Notes: a model not told the origin generated them from the sequence alone. 64,000 nucleotides of DNA from an uncultured delta proteobacterium (GCA_963767925.1 CAVYGB010000001.1:295085-359084), one strand, 5' to 3'; shown: positions 43,514-52,452, numbered from the stretch's first letter. Numbers and translations are program-made.

Positions 43514-44227
43514 ATGTTGCCCGTGCGGACCATCGACAGCGTCCTCACGCCCGAGGGGCGGCTGGAGCTGCGGCAGCGGGATGATGGGCAGGCCTTCATC
43601 ACCATCGACGGGCGGGTGCTGATGACCAGCGCCGCCCACCGGTCGGAGACCGAGCTGGCCCGGCTGGCCTGCGCGCCCCTGGCCGGCCGCCCGCGCGCCC
43701 ATGTGCTGATCGGGGGGCTGGGCATGGGCTACACCCTGCGCGCGACGCTGGATGACCTGCCCGCCCGCGCGCGCGTGACGGTCGTCGAGCTGAACCCGGT
43801 CGTCGTCACCTGGTGCCGGGGACCGCTGGCCCGGCTCACCGGCAACGCCCTGGCCGATCCTCGGGTGAAGGTGATCGAGCGCGACGTCGCCCGGGTGATC
43901 GGCGACGCCGCCGGCGCCGCCGGCGCCGCCTTCGATGCCATCGTGCTCGACCTCTACGAAGGCCCCCACCAGGCGACAAACCGAGCGACTGACCCCCTGT
44001 ACGGCCGCGCCGCCCTCGAGCGGACCGCCAAGGCGCTGCGCCCCGGCGGCATCCTCGCCATCTGGTCCGAGGAGCCCGACCGCCCCTTCGAGGCCCGCCT
44101 GGCCGCCGCAGGCTTCGAGGTCCAGCGCCACGCCCGCGGCAAAGGCGGCCGCTCCCACACGATCTACCTCGGCGTCTTGCTCGCCGCCCCCCGCCCCCGC
44201 CCCACCCGCGGACGCCGATCGGGATGA
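43514..44227 (+). CDS. Spermidine-synthase-like SAM-dependent methyltransferase-fold protein
   Basis: 'VLIGGLGMGYTLRATL', 'VTVVELNP', 'FDAIVLDLYEGP' and 'LRPGGILAIW'. The ATG at 43514 lies inside a longer track ORF. Confidence 0.75.
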   Translation: MLPVRTIDSVLTPEGRLELRQRDDGQAFITIDGRVLMTSAAHRSETELARLACAPLAGRPRAHVLIGGLGMGYTLRATLDDLPARARVTVVELNPVVVTWCRGPLARLTGNALADPRVKVIERDVARVIGDAAGAAGAAFDAIVLDLYEGPHQATNRATDPLYGRAALERTAKALRPGGILAIWSEEPDRPFEARLAAAGFEVQRHARGKGGRSHTIYLGVLLAAPRPRPTRGRRSG

Positions 44228-44547
44228 CAGCGGCGATCAGGTACGAACAGGCCGTTCCATGCGACCTTCATCGTTCGACGGGCCTGACCGCCAGGTGCCC
44301 GTTCGGGACCGTGGATACGCTCCTGGCAGACGGCCGCCGGTTCCATAACGACCAACATATTGACCGTTAAAGCCGATATGAGCCTGTAGCGACCAGCATT
44401 TTGGCCGTTGAGTATGCCGGCGGCGACCCTCGCCGACCGCTTCAACCTTCTCGCGTCCGTCGCAGCCTGACTCGTTGTGTGGCCGTCGAATCGCATCGGC
44501 GCTCTCCACTCGCCCGCCAGCTCCGACCGCTGGCGATTTGCTGCGGC

Positions 44548-46769
44548 TCAGCCGCCGCGTGCGGCTGCCTTCACCCGTTCGAGGACGGCCACGAGATCCT
44601 TGACCTGGGTCTCGTTGAAGATCCCTTCCGGCCCCCGGGGCGTGATGTCGGTGAACGGCGACTCGTAGAGCAGCGACGGGGTCATCACACCGTGTTCGGT
44701 CAGGTGATCGACGATCAGGTTCACGAACACGATCTGATTGGCCCCTGGGGTCTTGCCGCTGAGAAAGCCGCCGAGCGCTTCCTTGGCTGCCTCCCGATCG
44801 AGGCCCACCAGCGAGCGTACGAAGAGTCCCAGTCCCTCCGAGGCGGTCCGGGCATGATCCAGATCCTCCCGGGGGCCGACGCCGCTCTCGGCCAGCATGC
44901 GCTCGAGCTCGACCAGATCCGCTCCGGTCAGCGGCCGGTTCATCCGCAGTTTGGCGATGGCCACGTGGTCGGTGTGAGCCCTCAGGAACACGCGGGCCTT
45001 GTCCCGGAACTTCTGAAGGTCCCCGGCGCAAGCAAAGACCGGCAGGGCCACTTCCACGCTGTCGCCCTGCTCGTCGGGGATATTCGTGTAGAGGACCGTG
45101 CGTTGTTGCTTCTCCAGGAGCTTGACCAGGCCGCGCAGGCGCCGGCGTACCCGCTCCAGCATGGGCACCGTGACGTCCTGCCACCACCCATCGGTCTGTA
45201 TCTCGGCGATGATCGGCAACTGCTCGCGGATCATGGGAATGCTCGACTGTCCCTCAAGCAGAACGGCGATTTCCTCGACTTGTCCCCTCAGGCGCGCGAA
45301 CGCCGGCTGGGCCTTCAATCGAGCCAGCATCAGGCTGAACATCAGCAGGTCGAAGCGCTTGGCCTCCTCGGGCTCGGAAGGTTGCTCGGACGGCAACCCG
45401 GCCACCTCTTTCGCCAGCTCGGCGCGGGCTTCGGCCGGCAACTTCACCCACGCAGCGCTATCACGATAGGCCTCGATAACGCGCCGGCGAGGCCGGACCA
45501 CGAAGTTGTCCAGGTTCATGGCGGCGACCTGACCGTGCAGGTCCATGGCGAGCGCATCCCGGACCTCCACGTCGGTCACGGGATCTCGGAGGGCGGCCAG
45601 GTCTGGCTCGGCTGCGCCGGCCGGGTGCTTGTCGCGCTCTCGCTTTCGATCGAGCTCGGCGATGACGTCCAGCCGTCTGGTGAAGAGCCGCTTGCCCAGG
45701 GATGGGCTCGCCGTTCCGTCGGTGGTCTCGGGATTGGCGCTGAAGAACTCCAGGTTCTGACAGTAGTCGAACAGATAGAAGAACTGCTTGTGCTCCCCGG
45801 GTCCGAACAGCTCCCGACAGAGCCGGGTCCCGCGGCCCACCATTTGCCAGAACTTGGTCCTGGACCGGACGATCTTGAAGAAGACCAGATTCACCACTTC
45901 CGGAACGTCGATGCCGGTGTCCAGCATGTCCACCGAGATCGCGATGTGCGGCGCCTTGCTGGGGGTCGAGAAGCTGTCGATCAGGCTCTGCGCGTACTCG
46001 ACCTTGAAGGTGATGACCCGGGCGAAGTCACCCTTCATCTTGGGGTAGTTGACGTTGAACCGATCCTCGATGAAGTCGGCGTGCTTCTGGTTCTTGGCGA
46101 AGATGATGGTCTTGCCCAGGCGATCGCCCCCGTCGACGTGGACCCCCCGGGTCATCAGGTGGGCCAGCGCCTTGTCGACGGTATCGGTGTTGAACAGCCA
46201 GGTATTGATCGCCTCGGCCTCCACCGCGTCCGGGGACCCGTCAGGGTCGTCCCATTCCAGGGCGTCCCACTGATCCTTGGCCTCCTCCGTTAGGTCGCTG
46301 TAGCGGATCCCCTCGCGTTGAAACTTCAGCGGGACGGACACCGCGCGGGTGGGCACCAGGAAACCGTCGCGCACAGCCTCGTCCAGGCCGTAGGCATCGG
46401 TGGGGACGCCTTTCTCCAGATCGAACAGTGTGTAGGTGTTCCGGTCGATGTCCTCCTTGGGGGTGGCGGTCAGGCCCACCAGCAGCGAGTCGAAGTACTC
46501 GAAGATTGTCCGGTACTTCTGGAAGACCGACCGGTGCGCCTCGTCGATGATCAGCAGGTCGAAGTGGCCCACGCCGAAGCGCCGCTGCGCCTCGTTCGCT
46601 GGCAGCCTGGCCTCGTTGATCATCCCCATCATGGTGGGGTAGGTGGACACGAAGACCCGGCATAGAAGCAGGCGGTCCGGGGATCGGCGCGAACCGATGA
46701 GGCCGCCTTGCTGGCCGCCTCGTGAACGTCCGGCCACTCCTCCCGGAGGAAGCTGAACTGGTCGCTCAT
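44548..46769 (-). pseudogene. hsdR: Type I restriction enzyme R subunit with internal deletion plus frameshift
   Basis: The ATG at 46769 gives 'MSDQFSFLREEWPDVHEAASKAASSVRADPRTACFYA', a typical HsdR N-terminus. At about 46659 the reading jumps frame directly to 'RVFVSTYPTMM...LLIIDEAHRS'. The nuclease domain and helicase motif I (Walker A) are missing, while the rest (motifs II-VI and the C-terminal domain) is present. Confidence 0.8.
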
Positions 46770-46845
46770 GCCACCACCCTCTCCTGGTCGTGCCGCCGGC
46801 CTTCACGCATCCGCTGATCTTGCGTCGCGGCAAGCCCTGGAGCCG

Positions 46846-46892
46846 TGTCGCAAGTTTTGGCGCAAGTTTGTCGCAAGTTCTGTCGCCAGTTC
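46846..46892. repeat. Four tandem 11-13-bp repeats (TGTCGCAAGTTTT / GGCGCAAGTTT / GTCGCAAGTTC / TGTCGCCAGTTC)
   Basis: Read directly from the sequence. They lie 77-123 bp upstream of the hsdR ATG, in the filler between the hsdS remnant and hsdR. Confidence 0.8.
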
Positions 46893-47076
46893 GGCGAGCG
46901 GCCTGGAGGGCCTGCACCCCGCCTTGTCGCGAGAGCCTCGTACAGGGCTGTTGCCGATGACCCCCTTTCCCGCCGCCTTCGGCTGGGACGTCCTGTCCGG
47001 TTCCGGCTCACCACTTGCCTTCGGGCAGATAGGTGAGGTTGTTGGTGTCGCCCTCGTGGCGGAGCGGGATCGGCCG

Positions 47077-47407
47077 CGCCGGGTTTCACCCTCAGTCGAA
47101 CAAGATAGCCCGCAAAAGCAAACTTTTCGTCTCGGTTCCAGACGCCCGTCTTACCGACGAGCTCGTGGCTGTTCGTACGATTGAAGAGGAGGTCTCCCCG
47201 TCGGACTGAATAGCGCTCCAGCTCACTATCAGGCAGCTCGACATGTTTCACGTCCCGGAGGTCAAGCGATCCCGAATACGTGATGTTGTTCATCCGAAGG
47301 ACCGGGACCCCCCGGCCCGATTCGTTCGCCTTTACCGATGTTCCGTACTGAGTGTCGTCGATGACGTCCCCGAGTGGCACGACAGGCCAGCGGCTGATAA
47401 GGCTCAT
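47077..47407 (-). pseudogene. hsdS: Type I R-M specificity subunit, first target-recognition domain only
   Basis: 'WPVVPLGDVIDDTQYGTS...VPVLRMNNI...RGDLLFNRTNSHELVGKTGVW...FAFAGYLVRLRV', after which homology is lost. The start overlaps the hsdM stop (ATGA). Confidence 0.7.
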
Positions 47408-48940
47408 GCGATCATCTCTCGGAGCTGATCCAGATCTCGCTTGATAGCCGCCTCGAGCTTGTCGAGATCGAGTATCAGGTCGCGGGGTGCTCGGTGCTCA
47501 ACCTCCTCGTGCACCACCTCCCTGTACCGGTTGATGCCCAGATAGTAGCCTTGGGCCACAAGGTCTGACTTTGACACGCAGAAGCTCTGGGCGGTCCGCG
47601 GCCGCTCCCGCTCCGGCCCATTCCGCTGTTCCCATCGCCCGAGAATATCTGGCAGGTTGTTCTTCGCGTGCTCCTCCTTCGTCAGGATCACGTCCGGAAC
47701 AGCGCCCAGCTTGTCCTCCCCCAGTAGCGGCGTGCGCTTGTCGTCCAGGCTCCAGCCGTCCGCGTCGCAGTCATAGAACCAGACGTGGTCGGTGCCGCCA
47801 GAGTTGGTCTTGCTGAAGAGGACGATGGCCGTGGAGACGCCAGCGTAGGGCTTGAACACGCCGCCGGGCAGGGAGATCACCCCCTCCAGCTTCTGCTCCT
47901 CAACCAGCATCCGGCGAAGCTCCTTGTGGGCCTTGCTCGACCCGAACAGCACACCGTCGGGCACGATCACCGCCGCCCGGCCACCGGGTTTCAGTAGCCG
48001 TAAGAAGAGCGCCAGGAACAGCAGTTCCGTCTTCTTGGTCTTGACGATCTGAAGCAGGTCCTTGGCGGTGTTCTCGTAGTTCAGCGAGCCGGCAAAGGGC
48101 GGGTTAGCCAGCACCAGGGTGTAGCGCTCCTCCTCGCCCGCGTGATCCTGGGCCAGCGAATCCTGGTAGCGGACGTCGGGGTTTTCCACCCCGTGCAAGA
48201 GCATGTTCATGCTGCCTATGCGTAGCATCGTGCTGTCGAAGTCGAAGCCGTGAAAGGCCTGCTGGTGGAAGTGCGCTTTCAACTCAGCGTCGCGCAGGAT
48301 CTCTGGGTGGCGCCGCCGCAGGTACTCACCGGCCGCCACCAGGAACCCGCAAGTGCCGCTGGCGGGATCGCAGATGACATCCTTGGGCTGCGGAGCAGTC
48401 ATCTCCACCATGAGGCGAATGATGTGGCGAGGGGTGCAACTGACCGTTCCTTCCAGCGCTGGCGATCTTGCCCAGCATGTACTCGTAGATGTCGCCTTTT
48501 GTGTCCCGGTCATCCATGGGAACGTCATCTAGAAGGTCCACCACCCTGGACAGGAGGGCCGGCGTGGCAATCGACAGCCGAGCGTCCTTCATGTGGTGTG
48601 CATACGTCGAACCATCGCCGCCCAGCGTTCTCAGGAAGGGGAAGACATGTTCTGCCACCAGGTTGTACATCTCCGCAGGGGGCATGTTCTTGAACCTCGA
48701 CCAGCGTAGATCTGCGTACGGACGTCCTTTCGAATCCTTCCCTTCCGGGAAGACCCTTCGCGCCATGGGCGTCTTCAAGGTGTTCGCCCTGTTCTCCTCC
48801 CTCAGCTGTTGCTCGTTGAGGCGTCGGAAGAAGATCAGATAGGTGATCTGTTCAATCACCTCCAGCGGGTTTGAGATGCCACCTGCGGCAAAAGCATTCC
48901 AGATAGCATCAACCTGATTCCGTAGCTCGCCGGTCAGCAT
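47404..48940 (-). pseudogene. hsdM: Type I R-M N6-adenine DNA methyltransferase subunit, one frameshift near 48438
   Basis: The N-terminal piece '...GDIYEYMLGKIASAGRNGQ' (track ORF 48326..48940) continues in another frame as 'TPRHIIRLMVEMTAPQPKDVICDPASGTCGFLV...LANPPFAGS' (47404..48528). Confidence 0.8.
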
Positions 48941-48964
48941 CCCGTGGTCTCCGTGTTGCCTTGC

Positions 48965-50488
48965 CTATACAGGCTTCGTGCCAGCTTTGACATCGTACCT
49001 TTGCAGCCAGTTCGTGAGGGTCTGGTAGCTGGGGAGCCCCAGCAGCCCGGCCGCGCGCGTCTTGTTCCCGTGGGCTTCCTCCAGGGCGCGAGACAGGTAG
49101 TGGCGGGCCACCCCGCTCATGAGGTCCTGAAGGTCCAGTCCCTCCCCCAGGCTCCGGCCCAGGATCTCCGGCGTGGCCGCTCGACCTACAGGCAACAGGG
49201 CCTCCCGGGCGTCCTCGGCCGAGATCGACTCCCCGTCGCTCCAGATGACAGCGCGCCGGAGGGTGTTGTGCAGCTCGCGCACGTTGCCCGGCCAGCCGTG
49301 AGCCAGCAGGACATTGCGCGCCCCTGCGGACAGCTTCTTCGGCCGCGCGCCCAGATCGCCTGCAGCCTCCTGGTTCAGTCGGTCGAGGATGTGGTCCACG
49401 AGCAGGCCCAGATCCCCGGTGCGTTCGCGCAGCGCGGGGATCTTCAGCACCGCCACCGCCAGCCGGTAGAACAGATCCTCGCGGAAGCGCCCGCCGGCGA
49501 TCTCCTCGGTCAGCGTGCGGTTGGTGGCGGCCAGGATGCGCACGTCCACCTTGTGTGAGCGGGTGGAGCCCAGTCGGACGATCTCCTTCTCCTGCAGCGC
49601 CCGCAGCAGCTTCACCTGGGCGGGCAGCGGTAGCTCTCCCAGTTCGTCCAGGAACAGCGTGCCCCCGTGGGCGTCCTCGAAGTACCCCTTGCGGGCCCGG
49701 TCGGCGCCGGTGAAGGCACCCCGGTCGTGACCGAACAGCTCCGACTCGATGAGCTCGGTCGGGATGGCGCCGCAGTTCACGGTGATGAAGGGCTGATCCT
49801 TGCGCAGGCTGGACTGGTGGATCGCTCGGGCCAGCATCTCCTTGCCGGTCCCTGACTCGCCCTCGATCAGCACCGGCACGTTGTGCACGGCCACCCGGCG
49901 GGCGCGCTGTACCAGCCGCTGCATCACCCGGCTGCGGTGCACGATGTCCGCGAACTCCGGCGTCGCGGGCGGCGCGGCGGCGCTGCCCTGACGCAGGCGT
50001 TCGTCCCGCTCACGCATCAGGTCGGGCAGGAAGTCCGCGGAGATCTCGAAGGGTACGGAGGCCACGCGAACGCCGTGCTCCTTCGATGACTCGATCAGGT
50101 CGGCAGGGTGGCGGGTTTTGCCGAGGATTATCCAGACTGCCGCCATGGCCGGCGTGCCGGGACTGAGGTGGAAGCAGAGCGACGTCTCCCGCGCTGGCCG
50201 TCCCCCGAGCGCTCGCGCGCAGCCGCGCAGAGCTGCTTCGTAGATCTCGCCGAAGTTGGTGGGGCCGGTCAGTCGTTCCGGGATGACCTCGAGGGGGACC
50301 TTGGTGCGTCCCTTCAGCCAAGAAAGGTAAGGCGTCACGAGCTCTTCCGCGTAGTCCGAGAGCAGGAAGATCTCGTCGAAGGGCAGGGCGCCGAGCGCCT
50401 GGGCTATCGGTCCGAGGCCCACGAGCGCGCCCTCCGTGGGCGCACGCAGGTCGGTCCGGCCAAGCCAGGCCAGGAGCACGCGGCGCAC
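48965..50488 (-). CDS. Sigma-54-dependent transcriptional activator with RtcR-like (CARF-type) N-terminal sensor domain
   Basis: Walker A 'GESGTGKE', the GAFTGA loop 'GHDRGAFTGA', 'FLDELGEL', 'WPGNVREL' and the C-terminal HTH. The N-terminal 165 aa carry 'FHLSPGTPAMAAVWIILGKTRHPADLIESS', which by eye parallels the E. coli RtcR CARF region. Confidence 0.85.
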   Translation of the reverse strand: MRRVLLAWLGRTDLRAPTEGALVGLGPIAQALGALPFDEIFLLSDYAEELVTPYLSWLKGRTKVPLEVIPERLTGPTNFGEIYEAALRGCARALGGRPARETSLCFHLSPGTPAMAAVWIILGKTRHPADLIESSKEHGVRVASVPFEISADFLPDLMRERDERLRQGSAAAPPATPEFADIVHRSRVMQRLVQRARRVAVHNVPVLIEGESGTGKEMLARAIHQSSLRKDQPFITVNCGAIPTELIESELFGHDRGAFTGADRARKGYFEDAHGGTLFLDELGELPLPAQVKLLRALQEKEIVRLGSTRSHKVDVRILAATNRTLTEEIAGGRFREDLFYRLAVAVLKIPALRERTGDLGLLVDHILDRLNQEAAGDLGARPKKLSAGARNVLLAHGWPGNVRELHNTLRRAVIWSDGESISAEDAREALLPVGRAATPEILGRSLGEGLDLQDLMSGVARHYLSRALEEAHGNKTRAAGLLGLPSYQTLTNWLQRYDVKAGTKPV

Positions 50489-50501
50489 GGATGAGAAGGG
50501 T

Positions 50502-50535
50502 ACAAGAAAACTTGTGAGGCCGCAAGACTACTTGT
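50502..50535. promoter_or_regulatory. Two related palindromes ACAAG-aaaa-CTTGT and CAAG-acta-CTTG(T), 20 bp centre-to-centre
   Basis: Read from the sequence in the 106-bp divergent intergenic region between the activator (ATG 50488) and the coiled-coil/nuclease-like gene. Confidence 0.4.
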
Positions 50536-50594
50536 CTCTCCCCGCAGGCGTCAGTTCGGGCAGGACGGCGAGCGTACGCCGCGCTTCTCGTGGC

Positions 50595-52310
50595 ATGGAA
50601 GGTGAAATGGGCACATCCATGACAAACCGAATACCGGGAGGCATCACCGTCTCCGTGGACTGCTCCGATGAGCTGGTCGCCGCCGAGGTCAGGGATCTCC
50701 GACCCGCCAGCATCACCCTGTTCGCCCACCTCGCCAGCGACCAGCGCGAGGAGCTGGCGCACGATGCCTGGACAATCGGCCTGCGCGCCCTCGGCAACGC
50801 TTACGCCGCAGGCCAGGAGGCGCGGCTGGCGGACGTGGGTGGCCAGCTCATCGCCGACATCGACCAGCAACTTCAGCGTCACATCCAGAGTCAGCAGCAG
50901 ACCATGACCTCGGTCATGGCGCGCTTCTTCGATCCCAGCGATGGCCAGGTCACCCAGCGGCTGTCGGCCTTCGTGGATGACCAGGGAGTCCTGGCGCGGC
51001 TGCTCGACCGGTTCCTTTCACCGCGGAATGGCGTCCTGGCCGAGGCGCTGGCGCGGCAGGTGGGGGAGAGCAGCCCTCTGTTCAAGAAGTTGAGCCTGAC
51101 CGACAGCGAGGGGCTGGTGAAGGTCCTCGAAGGGCAGCTCCGTTGCGTTCTTCACGAGGGCCGTGCGGAACTGGTGCGGGCTCTGGACCCGCTGGCGGAG
51201 GATGGCGCTGTCGGGCGCCTGCTCCGGAGTCTCCGGAACGAGATCGAAGAGGCGAACCACGACCGGTCGCGCCAGCTGGCCACCGCCTTGTCGGCTCTTG
51301 ACGCCAACGACGAGGAGTCGTTGCTAAGTCGCCTCATCCGGGAGACCAGCCAGGCCCGTCAGGAGGTTCTGAATGCCGTCAATCCCGAGTCACCGTTGTC
51401 CCCCATGGCCATCTTGAGGACCAGCCTCACCGCGCTGCTGAAGGAGCAGGGGGCTCTACAGCTGGACGCCATGCGCCAGCAGCGCGAGCGGCAGGAGCAG
51501 TTCGAGAAGGAGATCCGCGAAGCATTGGCCCGGATCGAGACCCGGCGGACTCAGGAGCGGAGGTCCACTTGGGGCGGCCTCGTCTTCGAGGATGCGGTGG
51601 TGCACTTCCTGGGCGACGTGACGAAAGGGGCTCCCTGCGTCTTCGAGGTCACCGGCTGCAGCGTGGGGGAGGTCGACCGCTGCAAGAAGGGCGACGCGGT
51701 CCTTCGCTTCACCGCCGAGAGCGCCTTCGCCGGCGCCGGCGTGGTCTTCGAGGCCAAGCGCGAGCACGGGTATACCGTGCAGAAGGCGCTCGACGAGCTG
51801 GACCTGGCTCGCAAGAACCGGAATGCCGTGGCCGGCGTGTTCGTCCTGGCGCGATCACACGCCGCCGAAGGGTTTCCCACCTTCGCCCGCTACGGTAGCA
51901 ACGTCCTCGTCACCTGGGACGACGACGACCCGGCGACCAACGCCTACCTGCGGGCTGCCACCCTGCTCGGCATGGGCCTTGTCACCCGGAATCGGAACAC
52001 GGGCGGCGCCAGTGACGTCACCGCCCTTCGCGACGTCGGAGGTCGGATCGAGGCGGAGGTGAACCGCCTGGAGAAGATGGACCGGTGCAACGCCGCCATT
52101 CGCCGGAACTCCGACGGCATCGGGGAGGAGACCCGCAAGGCGCGCAAGGCGCTCGACATCTTGCTGCGCAAGACCAAGGAAACCCTCCAGTCGCTGAACG
52201 TCGAGCTCCGGGACGAAGAAGCGGAGAGGAATTCACCGCTGACGCTGACCGAGTCGAGTCACCCAGCGCCAGCAGGTGTAGCTGATGACGACGAAGGCAA
52301 GGCGGCGTGA
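50595..52310 (+). CDS. Coiled-coil protein with C-terminal PD-(D/E)xK-like core (RmuC/DUF2130-like architecture); start uncertain (50595/50607/50619)
   Basis: The long helical N-part is followed by 'GGLVFEDAVVHFL...CKKGDAVLRF...GVVFEAKRE...AVAGVFVLAR' (nt 51564-51920), which has E/D...D...ExK spacing, and then a second coiled coil. Confidence 0.7.
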   Translation: MEGEMGTSMTNRIPGGITVSVDCSDELVAAEVRDLRPASITLFAHLASDQREELAHDAWTIGLRALGNAYAAGQEARLADVGGQLIADIDQQLQRHIQSQQQTMTSVMARFFDPSDGQVTQRLSAFVDDQGVLARLLDRFLSPRNGVLAEALARQVGESSPLFKKLSLTDSEGLVKVLEGQLRCVLHEGRAELVRALDPLAEDGAVGRLLRSLRNEIEEANHDRSRQLATALSALDANDEESLLSRLIRETSQARQEVLNAVNPESPLSPMAILRTSLTALLKEQGALQLDAMRQQRERQEQFEKEIREALARIETRRTQERRSTWGGLVFEDAVVHFLGDVTKGAPCVFEVTGCSVGEVDRCKKGDAVLRFTAESAFAGAGVVFEAKREHGYTVQKALDELDLARKNRNAVAGVFVLARSHAAEGFPTFARYGSNVLVTWDDDDPATNAYLRAATLLGMGLVTRNRNTGGASDVTALRDVGGRIEAEVNRLEKMDRCNAAIRRNSDGIGEETRKARKALDILLRKTKETLQSLNVELRDEEAERNSPLTLTESSHPAPAGVADDDEGKAA

Positions 52311-52452
52311 GTTGGCCTCGACAGGAGCGACGGCGCCGTATCGTCGTTTCGGGTCGGCGGTGCATGAGACGCGGCTCCGCCCCGTCGACCGCGCAGGAAC
52401 GCATACGGGGCCGGTCGAACGGAGCCTCGAAGGTGCAGGCCCGGGGAACGGG

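Noticed and set aside
44228-44547. Looked for a tRNA/tmRNA gene, integrase remnant or att-type direct repeat at the left edge of the low-GC island.
   Set aside because: No cloverleaf-compatible sequence was found (no GTTCGAATC-like T-arm with matching acceptor stem). No integrase-like translation appears in any frame. The 110-aa track ORF (44164..44496 -) has no recognisable features.
50591-50606. Possible sigma-54 promoter TGGCATGGAAGGTGA upstream of the nuclease-like gene.
   Set aside because: The -24 element is good, but the -12 element lacks the conserved GC (GTGA versus TTGC). The spacing to the first in-frame ATGs leaves no leader. It is kept only as a note inside a finding and not annotated as a promoter.
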